Shown in pieces: positions 51,121 to 60,062 of a DNA stretch of 64,000 nucleotides; the first letter of the stretch is position 1, and every line of letters begins with the position of its first letter. The notes below the pieces were generated by a model. It saw only the letters and a program-made list of their open reading frames with translations. It made no database searches and was not told the origin of the DNA. The stretch is taken from the NCBI GenBank assembly GCA_963711835.1, contig CAVQFQ010000010.1:96001-160000 (forward strand), given 5' to 3'. Origin of the DNA: an uncultured delta proteobacterium (GTDB lineage Bacteria > Desulfobacterota > RBG-13-43-22). Position numbers and translations under genes: made by a program.

Positions 51121-53619
51121 ATGCCCAAATTGATCATCGATAATCTGGAGATCGAAGTCCCTAAAGGGACCAAGGTCATTGAAGCGGCTGAAGAGCTGGG
51201 CATCATCATCCCCCGGTTCTGTTATCATCCGGCCCTGGGATCGCTGGGGGCCTGCCGGATGTGTGCCGTAAAGTTCTTGGAGGGGCCGATCAAAGGGGTG
51301 GAGATGAGTTGCATGGAAGAAGCCCGGGACGGCATGGTGGTCTCCACCACGGACGATGAAGCGGTTGATTTCCGCCGGCAGATCATCGAGTGGCTCATGA
51401 TGAACCACCCCCATGACTGCCCGGTTTGTGATGAAGGAGGCCACTGCCTGCTGCAGGACCTGACCGTAGCCGGCGGCCACGGGACCAGACGTTTTCCGGG
51501 AAAGAAGCGGACTTATCATGATCAGGACCTGGGTCCTTTTATCCAGCATGAAATGAACCGCTGCATCCACTGTTACCGCTGTCGTAGATTCTACCAGGAG
51601 AAGGCCGGCTACCGGGATTTTGGGGCCTTGCAGATAGGGAGCCGGATGTATTTCGGCCGGTTCAGCAATGGTCCCCTGGAAAGTCCCTTTTCGGGCAATA
51701 TCATTGACCTCTGTCCAACCGGGGTTCTGACCGATAAACCGTCCCGTTATAAAGGGCGGCGCTGGGATTATGAACGAAGTCCTTCCCTCTGTATTCACTG
51801 CTCACTGGGCTGTCGGATCGTCGCCAGTGCCCGGTATCGGGAAGTGGTTCGAATGGAAGCCGGCTTCAGCGACACCGTCAACGGCTATTTTATCTGCGAC
51901 CGGGGCCGATACGGATTTGGCTATGCCAACCACCCCCTGCGGCCGCGACGGGCGAGGATCGGCCGGGAGGAAGTACCTTTCGATCAAGCCCTCCGGGCCG
52001 CTGCCAAAAGGCTTTCCGATATTTCCCAATCCAGGGGACCCCAGGCCGTGGTCTGCCAGGGTTCGGGCCGAAGCAGCCTGGAAACCTTGGGCTTGTTAAA
52101 ATGCCTCAGCCGGATGCAAGGCTGGCCGGACCCCGGGTATCTGATCGATTCCTTTAAAGAAGCGAAGGCCAAAAAGGCCGTTTCAAGATTAGAGGCACGG
52201 CTGGCGGTTTCTTTAAGGCAGGTCGAGCAGGCGGATTTTATCCTGGTTGTCGGGGCCGACCCGGTGAATGAAGCCCCTATGGCTACCCTGGCTGTCAGAC
52301 AGGCCTTCCTCAAAGGGGCCCCCGTGGTGGTGATCGATCCCCGGCCGGTTTCCCTCCCTCTGGCCTTTGAACACTTGTCTCTGGCACCCGATGATCTGGA
52401 TCGTTGTTTGGTCCGTTTGATCAAAGGGACCGCTTCCTTCCAGGCGGCCAAAGAATCGGGAGTCGAGGCCCTTCATTTTTATGAGGCCCTACCCGAGGTT
52501 CCATTGGAACCTGCCATCGAAGGCCGTCTCGGGGAAGTGGCCCGAAAGATGAAGGCCAGTCAGCGGCCGGTCATCATCTGCGGCACGGATGTCGTCCGGG
52601 AGCAAACCCCCGCCCTGGCCGCCGATCTGGTCCTTTATCTTCAAGCCATGGGACAGCAGGCCGGCCTTTTTTACTTCTTGGATGAGGCCAACTCATTTGG
52701 CGCGGCCCTTCTTTCTTCTTCGGAAAACCCTTTCTTGAAGATTTTGGAGGCCATTGAAAAAGGTTCTCTGGCCGGTCTGGTCATTATTGAGAGCGATCCC
52801 TTCCGGCTTTTCCCGGACCGGTTCAGATTGGAGCAGGCCTTAAGGAAGCTCGAATTTCTCATGGTCATGGATTTTCTGCCTTCTCGACCGGTCCGGCAGG
52901 CGGATATCTTCCTGCCTACCCAGACCCTCTATGAAGCAGGCGGCTCATTCATCAATCAGGAGGGACGGATCCAAAGGGTCAAGCCGGTTCATAGCGGCGG
53001 CATCCCTCTGGAACAGATCGGTGGCGGAGGCCATCCGCCCCGTCTTTTCCGGAAGGATATTCCCGGAGGTGAGCCGAGACCGGCCTGGCAGGTTTTAGCG
53101 GAACTGGGCCGCCTCCTTTCTTCGGGACCGGGCCTTTCCCTCGTGACCCTGTGGGATTTTCTGGGCCGGGAAAATCCGGCCTGGGCCGGCCTTAAGAATT
53201 TAAATGATCAACCGGCCGAGATTCAAATCCTCTCTATACAGGGGAGGGAGAAGCCTTTTTCCCTGGAGAGTCTGAAGGATCTGGGAAAAAAAGAGGAACC
53301 CGGCGATTCCCTGGAACTGCTCCTGGTCGATTGGACCTTCGGCACGGAGGAACTATCCAACTATTCCGATTTTGTCCGGAAACAGGGGAAAGGACCCTGC
53401 CTCACCCTGCCGGCCGAAGCGGGAACCCGGTGGGGGCTTCAAAAAGGAGACCGGATCAGGATTTCTCTTGATTCAGGATCATTGGAGGTAACGGTGGACC
53501 TTGCGGAAAATATGGCTGCCGGGGTGATGGTCCTGCCGCGCCACGAACAACTGGACTGGCAAAAAACGGCTGCCTATCCGGGAAGGGTGTCCCTGGATAG
53601 AATCAAAAAAGCGTTATGA
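51121..53619 (+). CDS. nuoG: complex I subunit G (long type)
   Basis: PRFCYH, GACRMC, NHPHDCPVC..GGHC, CIHCYRC, extra CIHCSLGC...C (N7-type) motif. Confidence 0.93.
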   Translation: MPKLIIDNLEIEVPKGTKVIEAAEELGIIIPRFCYHPALGSLGACRMCAVKFLEGPIKGVEMSCMEEARDGMVVSTTDDEAVDFRRQIIEWLMMNHPHDCPVCDEGGHCLLQDLTVAGGHGTRRFPGKKRTYHDQDLGPFIQHEMNRCIHCYRCRRFYQEKAGYRDFGALQIGSRMYFGRFSNGPLESPFSGNIIDLCPTGVLTDKPSRYKGRRWDYERSPSLCIHCSLGCRIVASARYREVVRMEAGFSDTVNGYFICDRGRYGFGYANHPLRPRRARIGREEVPFDQALRAAAKRLSDISQSRGPQAVVCQGSGRSSLETLGLLKCLSRMQGWPDPGYLIDSFKEAKAKKAVSRLEARLAVSLRQVEQADFILVVGADPVNEAPMATLAVRQAFLKGAPVVVIDPRPVSLPLAFEHLSLAPDDLDRCLVRLIKGTASFQAAKESGVEALHFYEALPEVPLEPAIEGRLGEVARKMKASQRPVIICGTDVVREQTPALAADLVLYLQAMGQQAGLFYFLDEANSFGAALLSSSENPFLKILEAIEKGSLAGLVIIESDPFRLFPDRFRLEQALRKLEFLMVMDFLPSRPVRQADIFLPTQTLYEAGGSFINQEGRIQRVKPVHSGGIPLEQIGGGGHPPRLFRKDIPGGEPRPAWQVLAELGRLLSSGPGLSLVTLWDFLGRENPAWAGLKNLNDQPAEIQILSIQGREKPFSLESLKDLGKKEEPGDSLELLLVDWTFGTEELSNYSDFVRKQGKGPCLTLPAEAGTRWGLQKGDRIRISLDSGSLEVTVDLAENMAAGVMVLPRHEQLDWQKTAAYPGRVSLDRIKKAL

Positions 53620-54614
53620 CTATGGACTGGATTTCAGCCTTCCTCTTTCTCTTTTTCAAGCTGAGCCTGGTGTTGGTTGCCCTGCTCCTGATGGCCGCCT
53701 ATCTGAGCCTGGCTGAACGCAAGCTCCTGGGGAGGATGCAGGTCCGTTTCGGCCCCAACCGGGCCGGCCGGTTCGGACTTCTTCAGCCCCTGGCCGATAT
53801 CATTAAGCTCCTGACTAAGGAAGACACGATTCCTCAAGGGGCGGACCGCATCCTCTTTCTTTTGGCCCCGGCGGTGGTGGCTGCCATGGCCCTTCTCATT
53901 TTCGCCGTTATCCCTTTCGGAAGGGGCTGGACTTTTTGGGGCAGGACCATTCCCCAGGTTATCAGCGATCTCAATATCGGTCTTCTTTATGTTTTAGCCC
54001 TGTCCTCGATCAGTATCTATGGAGTAGCCCTGGGAGGCTGGTCTTCCAATTCCAAGTACAGCCTCCTGGGAGGACTCCGGGCCGTGGCCCAAATGATCAG
54101 TTACGAACTCTCTCTGGGGCTTTCGCTGGTCCCGGTGGTTATGCTGGCAGGCTCCTTCAGCCTGGTGGATATCATCGAAGCCCAGGCCGGTTATCCCTTT
54201 ATTATCGTGCAGCCGGTGGCCCTGATCATCTTCTTCATCAGCGCCGTGGCTGAAAGCAAACGGATCCCCTTTGATCTGCCGGAGGCCGAGGGCGAACTCG
54301 TTGCCGGGTATCACCTGGAATACAGCGGCATGCGCTTTGGCCTTTATTTTTTGGGTGAATACATTAGCCTGATCGTCTTGGGAGGATTGGTGGCCGCCTT
54401 TTTCCTGGGCGGCTGGCATGGACCGTTACTGCCGCCTTTCCTCTGGTTTCTGATTAAAGTGCTGGCCGTGGTTTTTTCCCTGATCTGGATGCGGACCACC
54501 TTACCCCGCTTCCGGTACGATCAACTGATGAACCTGGGTTGGAAGGTCCTCATCCCTGCGGCCCTGCTCAATATCCTGGCCACCGGGGGGATTATTTTGT
54601 GGATCAGGGGTTAG
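53616..54614 (+). CDS. nuoH: complex I subunit H
   Basis: ERK...R.GPNR, QPLAD, ISYE, PFDLPEAE.EL..GY, PRFRYDQ. Confidence 0.95.
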   Translation: MTMDWISAFLFLFFKLSLVLVALLLMAAYLSLAERKLLGRMQVRFGPNRAGRFGLLQPLADIIKLLTKEDTIPQGADRILFLLAPAVVAAMALLIFAVIPFGRGWTFWGRTIPQVISDLNIGLLYVLALSSISIYGVALGGWSSNSKYSLLGGLRAVAQMISYELSLGLSLVPVVMLAGSFSLVDIIEAQAGYPFIIVQPVALIIFFISAVAESKRIPFDLPEAEGELVAGYHLEYSGMRFGLYFLGEYISLIVLGGLVAAFFLGGWHGPLLPPFLWFLIKVLAVVFSLIWMRTTLPRFRYDQLMNLGWKVLIPAALLNILATGGIILWIRG

Positions 54615-54718
54615 TTTCTTTCTCCGCGTTCATTTGCCCGCCGGACCCCGTATTAATAGCTACGCGGCAGGCTATTCGCCGGGCAAAAAACAGCCGTCGC
54701 TGGCGCGAGAAAAAGCGG
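54615..54718. repeat. hairpin-rich intergenic insert between nuoH and nuoI
   Basis: TTTGCCCG...CGGGCAAA and TCTCCGCG...CGCGAGA inverted arms. Confidence 0.4.
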
Positions 54719-54764
54719 TCTGTAGCAAAAAAAGATCTTTTCCGAATTTTTGGGTTTAGAGTGA

Positions 54765-55349
54765 ATGGCAATGAAGGTTAAGAATTCCGAGGATAGGGAA
54801 AGTTACTCCAGGGCACTCAAGATCTGGTCCGAGGCCCTCCCGGGATTGGGCCGGGCCTTTTGGACTGTTCTGAAGCATCTTTTCCGAAAACCGGTTACCG
54901 AGCCCTATCCGGAATATAAGCGGTCGTTACCCGACCGTTCCCGGGCCCGGATCATCCTTACCCGGGATCCGGACGGCGAAGAACGCTGTGTCGCCTGTTA
55001 TCTCTGTTCGGCCGTCTGCCCGGTAAGCTGCATCTCCATGCAAGCGGCGGAACGGGAGGACGGCCGGCGCTGGGCCCCCTGGTTTCGCATCAATTTTGCA
55101 CGGTGCATTTACTGAGGATTGTGTGAGGAGGCGTGTCCTACTCTGGCTATCCAACTGACCCCGTACTTTGAATTTTGCGGCTATGATGTCTTAACCCTGC
55201 TGGCGGAAAAAGAAGATCTTCTGGTGGATCACGGGGGAAAAAATAAGGAGTATAATTTTTATCGCCATGCCGGTATTACCGTAGCCGGGGGCAAGGGCGG
55301 GCATATCAATGAGGAGAAACCGGTGAATCTGAGGAGTAATCTTCCTTGA
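54765..55349 (+). CDS. nuoI: complex I subunit I with in-frame UGA (55113-55115), putative selenoprotein
   Basis: [13 protein letters not shown] ... RCIY[TGA]GLCEEACP; reading frame continues unchanged past TGA to a normal NuoI C-terminus. Confidence 0.9.
55113..55152 (+). promoter_or_regulatory. putative bacterial SECIS hairpin
   Basis: UGA followed by GGAU.../...AUCC and GAG.AGG/CCU.CUC stems with apical loop CGUGU starting 16 nt after the UGA (folded by hand). Confidence 0.6.
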
Positions 55350-55456
55350 AAAGTCAAGGTTTCAAGGAAGAGGTGCCGCAGTTTTTTGTTGATATTTACT
55401 TGAGGGTTTAATTTTTCTTTGTCATCCTTCGAAATGTTAGAATTTGGACGGAAACC

Positions 55457-55975
55457 ATGAACCTTTATGCCATTTGTTTTTATCTTTCCGCGGCCATTAT
55501 TCTGGCAGCAACGGCATTGGCCATTACCCGACGGCATCCCGTCCATGCGGTGGTTTATTTGATTCTGTCCTTTCTGGGCAGCGCCATGCTTTTCTACCTG
55601 CTCGGGGCGCCCTTTTTGGCCGCCCTGGAGATCATTATTTACGCCGGGGCGATCATGGTCTTGTTTCTGTTCGTGATCATGATGCTCAAAGTGGAAGTGG
55701 CTGAGGATAAGGGTTTTGTCCTGCGGCAATGGGCCCCGGCGCTGCTACTGGGGCTGGCCTTTTTCTCGGTGGCCGTGCTTCTGGTCTTCACCGACCCCCG
55801 GAGCCGGGTCCCTCTCCAACGGGCTATGGCAACGCCGAAGGCCTTCGGCCGTTTCGTCTTTGAGCGCTACTGGTTTTCAGTAGAGATGGTCTCTCTCCTC
55901 CTGCTCGTCGGACTGATGGCCGCCGTCCATCTGGGCAAGGGTCGAGGGGAAAGCGAGGAGGAGGAAAAGCCGTGA
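55457..55975 (+). CDS. nuoJ: complex I subunit J
   Basis: HPVHAV, YAGAIMVLFLFVIMML. Confidence 0.93.
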   Translation: MNLYAICFYLSAAIILAATALAITRRHPVHAVVYLILSFLGSAMLFYLLGAPFLAALEIIIYAGAIMVLFLFVIMMLKVEVAEDKGFVLRQWAPALLLGLAFFSVAVLLVFTDPRSRVPLQRAMATPKAFGRFVFERYWFSVEMVSLLLLVGLMAAVHLGKGRGESEEEEKP

Positions 55976-56277
55976 TCGTTCCTTTCAGCCATGTCTTCAT
56001 CTTGGCGGCCCTTATTTTTTTACTGGGTCTGATCTGTCTGATTGCCCGACGCAACCTGATCATGACCCTGGTGGGTGTGGAGGTCATGATGAACGCCGGG
56101 GCCATTCTTTTCCTGGCCTCCTCTCTGCGCTGGCAGCAGCTTGAAGGACAGGCCTTTGTCCTTTTCATCATCGCCGTGGCTGCCGCCGAGGTCTCCGTGG
56201 GTCTGGCCCTGATTGTCGGGGCCTACCTGCGCAGCGGCACGGTGGATCCGGACAAATACGATATCTTGAAATGGTAG
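55972..56277 (+). CDS. nuoK: complex I subunit K
   Basis: RRNL, EVMMN, VAAAE. Confidence 0.94.
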   Translation: MIVPFSHVFILAALIFLLGLICLIARRNLIMTLVGVEVMMNAGAILFLASSLRWQQLEGQAFVLFIIAVAAAEVSVGLALIVGAYLRSGTVDPDKYDILKW

Positions 56278-56296
56278 GAGAATTATTTTGGGTCTC

Positions 56297-56446
56297 AAAT
56301 CCGAAATCCGAATACCAAAATCGACTCGGCCGAGCTCGTCGCGGGCCGAAACAAATCCAAATGACCAAACATAAACAATTCGAAACTTTTTGTTTGGATA
56401 ATTTGAATTTTGAGAATTTGTGCTTGTTTCGTTTTTCGTGCTTTGG
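56297..56446. repeat. heptamer-based imperfect inverted repeat with nested short palindrome
   Basis: AAATCCG AAATCCG AATACC...AAATCC AAATGAC mirrored by TTTGAA TTTTGAG ATTTGTG CTTGTTTCG; nested CTCGGCCGAG. Confidence 0.6.
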
Positions 56447-56498
56447 GTCCCGAGGTTTAAACCGAAATTGCCAAATTGCCTCAGGCAAAAATCCGTGA

Positions 56499-58385
56499 AT
56501 GGGTAACAAAATGATCCTGGAGTTGTTTAAAGATTGGACCCTGCTGGCTGCCCTTTTGGCGGTCAGCCTCCCCTTCCTGGCTTTTGCCCTGATTATGGTT
56601 TTTACCCGCCCTTTTCCCAGGACCTCTGCTGTCCTTTCCATCGGGGCGGTTACGGTCTCCCTGGTCAACGCCCTTTTCCTTCTTCTGACCAACTGGCGAC
56701 AGGATCATCCAATCCAGGTTGCCGGCCAGTGGCTGGTGGCCGGGAATATTTCCATTTCCTTTGGTTTTTTACTGGATCCGACCAGTTTGCTCATGCTGGT
56801 CGTTGTAGCTGGGATCAGCTTCCTGATCCAGGTCTATTCCCTGGGCTATATGGCCGGAGATCCGGGATTTGGCCGTTATTTTGCCTTCCAATCCCTTTTT
56901 GCCTGGGCCATGCTGTCTCTTAGCCTTTCCTCCGACCTGCTGCAACTCTACGTCTTCTGGGAATTGGTGGGTTTATGTTCCTACCTGTTGATCGGGTTCT
57001 GGTATGAAAAATTCAGCGCCACCCAGGCCGGGAAAAAGGCCTTTGTCATGACCCGTCTCGGTGATGTGTCCTTTTTCCTCGGTCTTCTCCTTCTGCTGCT
57101 GAACCTGGGCCATCTAAGCATCCTGGAAATGAACCGTCCTGAGGCAACCGCCGGCATTTCTTCCGGGCTCCTTACCCTTTCGGCCTTATTGATTTTCGGA
57201 GGGGTTGTGGGCAAGAGCGCCCAGTTTCCTCTAATGACCTGGCTTCCGGATGCCATGGAAGGTCCCACTCCGGTGAGCGCCCTGCTCCATTCGGCTACCA
57301 TGGTGGCGGCCGGGGTTTATCTGCTGGTGCGCCTTTTTCCTTTTTTCAGCCACTCCCGGGCAGCCATGACCTTTTTCCTGGCCGTCGGTACCCTCAGCAT
57401 GCTGATGGGCTCCACCATGGCCCTGGTGGATCGGGACATCAAAAAAATCTGGGCCTACTCCACCATAAGCCAACTGGGGTATATGATCATGGCCTTAGGC
57501 GCTGGAGGAACCTTTGCAGGTTTCTTTCATTTGACAACCCATGCCGCTTTCAAGGCCCTGCTCTTTCTCTGTTCCGGGGTCTGGATCCATTATTTTCAAA
57601 CGAATGACATTTACGAAATTGGCCGGCGAAACGCCAGGGGCTTGAAAATACCCCTGGTTTGTCTCATCCTGGCCGGGGCCAGCCTGTCCGGGGTTCCTCC
57701 CTTAGCCGGTTTCTTCAGCAAGGAGGCCATCCTGGGCACCCTGGCGAACCTGAATAATCCCCTCTGGCTCATAGCCGGAATGATGGGCGTCTTTCTGACC
57801 CCTTATTATGCCTTCCGACCCGTCTTCCTCATCCTTTTCCCAAGGGAAACGGACCGGACCGGCACAAGTGAAATTCCAGAGGGAGATTCCTCTTACCGGG
57901 CCATGGCCTGGCCGCTTGTTATCCTGGCCGCCGTGATTCTTATCCTGGGATTCCTTGAAACCCCTTTGAGGGATTTCCTGATGGGTCAAACGAAGGTGGA
58001 AGGGAATAGGTCTTGGACCCTTTATGGTTCCCTGGCCCTGGTCTTCTCGGCCCTGGCCCTGGTCTGGGCTGAATTCGGCCGAAAAGGTTCCCCACAGATC
58101 GGTTTTGTGGAGCGCCTGGCGCCCATCCGGAAGCTTTTTGCCGAGCGCTGGTACCTGGATCATTTTTACCGGATCTTTCTCGAGAAGGTCATTTACCGGA
58201 TTTTTGCAAATCTCTTAACCCGGAATGACCAACAGGTGATTGACGGCAGCATCGATGGATTGTGTCAATTCACCGTAAGGTGCGGAAGGGTCATCTCTTA
58301 TCTTCAGTCCGGCCGGCTCCGCTACAACTTGATGGTGACCTTCGCGGTCTTGATACTGGTAGCCCTCTATTTTTTCTTTTCGTAG
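56499..58385 (+). CDS. nuoL: complex I subunit L
   Basis: WELVG, KSAQFPL..WLPDAMEGPTPVSALLH, AYSTISQLG, HAAFKALLF. Confidence 0.95.
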   Translation: MGNKMILELFKDWTLLAALLAVSLPFLAFALIMVFTRPFPRTSAVLSIGAVTVSLVNALFLLLTNWRQDHPIQVAGQWLVAGNISISFGFLLDPTSLLMLVVVAGISFLIQVYSLGYMAGDPGFGRYFAFQSLFAWAMLSLSLSSDLLQLYVFWELVGLCSYLLIGFWYEKFSATQAGKKAFVMTRLGDVSFFLGLLLLLLNLGHLSILEMNRPEATAGISSGLLTLSALLIFGGVVGKSAQFPLMTWLPDAMEGPTPVSALLHSATMVAAGVYLLVRLFPFFSHSRAAMTFFLAVGTLSMLMGSTMALVDRDIKKIWAYSTISQLGYMIMALGAGGTFAGFFHLTTHAAFKALLFLCSGVWIHYFQTNDIYEIGRRNARGLKIPLVCLILAGASLSGVPPLAGFFSKEAILGTLANLNNPLWLIAGMMGVFLTPYYAFRPVFLILFPRETDRTGTSEIPEGDSSYRAMAWPLVILAAVILILGFLETPLRDFLMGQTKVEGNRSWTLYGSLALVFSALALVWAEFGRKGSPQIGFVERLAPIRKLFAERWYLDHFYRIFLEKVIYRIFANLLTRNDQQVIDGSIDGLCQFTVRCGRVISYLQSGRLRYNLMVTFAVLILVALYFFFS

Positions 58386-58461
58386 AGTGAGAAAAAGGAT
58401 TCGATCTTCATGATCATAGCCAGTGGAAAAATCAGGTTACATGCTGAATGGGTAGAAATGG

Positions 58462-58516
58462 GTAGGGAGGCGTTAGCCTCCCGGTTTATGGGCGCCTGAA
58501 GGCGCCCCGACCCTAT
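58462..58516. repeat. GTAG-type REP-like element
   Basis: GTAG GGAGGC-GTTA-GCCTCC ... GGGCGCC-TGAA-GGCGCCC ... CCTA. Confidence 0.55.
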
Positions 58517-58580
58517 ACGAATACCTATGGCTGAAAAATCCTGTCTAAGAAAGAATTCGAGTCCTGCCTAGAGAAAACGT

Positions 58581-60062
58581 ATGCTCACGGAATTCGCCCG
58601 ATTTCCTTTTCTGACCGCTCTCCTGCTCAGTGGCCTGCTGGGTCTCCTGGTGATTCTTTTCATCCCCGAAGAACGAAAGACCCTGATTAAATGGGTGAGT
58701 GCGGTCTTTTCCGGAATCGCCCTTTTGATCTCCGTCTATCTCTTCATGGCCTATGACCGGTCCCAGGGAGGCCTCCAGTTTGTGGAAAAGGTCCTCTGGG
58801 TTAAGTCACTGGGGATATTCTATTTCAACGGGGCAGACGGTTTCAATCTGCCCCTGCTCCTTTTGACCGGCATTGTTCACTTTACCGGGGTCTTAACCAT
58901 GTGGGAGCTTAGAGAAAGGGTCAAGGAATTCTTCGCTCTTTACTTCCTGCTGGTGACCGGGGTTTTCGGCTTCTTCATGAGCCTGGATCTCTTTTTCATT
59001 TTTGTCTGGTATGATGTCTCCCTCTTTCCCATGTATCCCCTCATCCTGATCTGGGGCACCACCCGGAAGGAATACGGAGCCATGAAGCTTTTTTTATATC
59101 TTCTGGCGGGGAGCGCCCTAGTCCTGCCGGCCCTGATTTTCCTTTTTGTCAAATCCGGAATGAATACCTTTGACCTGACCAGCCTGATGCATTCCGGTAC
59201 CTTTTCGCCCTGGCAACAAAAATTCGCCTTCCTCCTCCTCTACCTGGGTTTCGGCATCCTGGCCGGCGTCTGGCCTTTTCACACCTGGTCGCCTACGGGC
59301 CATGTGGCCGCCCCTACCTCGGTGAGCATGCTCCATGCCGGGGTGTTGATGAAGCTGGGGGCCTTCGGGGTTTTACGGGTGGCTATCTTTCTCTGTCCCC
59401 TGGGCTGGCAGTTCTGGGCGGAGGCCATGGCGGTTCTGGCTACTATTGGGATTGTCTATGGGGTTTTTGTAGGGCTGACGCAGACCGACCTCAAATTCGT
59501 GGTGGCCTACTCCAGTGTCTCCCACATGGGGATCGTCGGGCTGGGCCTGGCTACGGTCAGCGCGGCCGGGTTAAGCGGCGCCGTCTTCCAGATGTTTGCC
59601 CACGGGATCATGACGGCCCTGCTCTTTTCGTCGGTGGGTTATTTTCATGACCGAACCGGAACCAAGCTGATACCGGAACTGGGCGGAATGAGCAGGATCA
59701 TGCCCGTGGCTTCCGCCTATTTCATCCTGGGCGCCCTGGCAGGCATGGGGGTGCCGGGGTTCGCCAATTTCTGGGCTGAGTTTGCGGTCTTCGTCTCTTC
59801 CCTTAAGACGTATCCTATTCTGGGGGTGCTGGCCCTGACCTCCTTGGTGGTGAGTGCCCTTTTCATGCTGCGCGTGGTCCAAAAGGCCTTTTATGGTAGA
59901 GGGAACGAGCGATTTGCCCATTTGCCTGACGTCTCTTTCGGTCTGGGCCTTCCCCGGCTGATCCTGGTGGGAGTGTTGGTCCTGTTCGGTCTTTTTCCTT
60001 CCCTGATGCTCGACCTGATTCAAACCAGCGTGGTTCCCTTTATGAAAGTCCTGCCCCGATGA
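58581..60062 (+). CDS. nuoM: complex I subunit M
   Basis: PFHTW, AGVLMKLG, AYSSVSHMG, QMFAHG, PGFANFWAE. Confidence 0.92.
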   Translation: MLTEFARFPFLTALLLSGLLGLLVILFIPEERKTLIKWVSAVFSGIALLISVYLFMAYDRSQGGLQFVEKVLWVKSLGIFYFNGADGFNLPLLLLTGIVHFTGVLTMWELRERVKEFFALYFLLVTGVFGFFMSLDLFFIFVWYDVSLFPMYPLILIWGTTRKEYGAMKLFLYLLAGSALVLPALIFLFVKSGMNTFDLTSLMHSGTFSPWQQKFAFLLLYLGFGILAGVWPFHTWSPTGHVAAPTSVSMLHAGVLMKLGAFGVLRVAIFLCPLGWQFWAEAMAVLATIGIVYGVFVGLTQTDLKFVVAYSSVSHMGIVGLGLATVSAAGLSGAVFQMFAHGIMTALLFSSVGYFHDRTGTKLIPELGGMSRIMPVASAYFILGALAGMGVPGFANFWAEFAVFVSSLKTYPILGVLALTSLVVSALFMLRVVQKAFYGRGNERFAHLPDVSFGLGLPRLILVGVLVLFGLFPSLMLDLIQTSVVPFMKVLPR

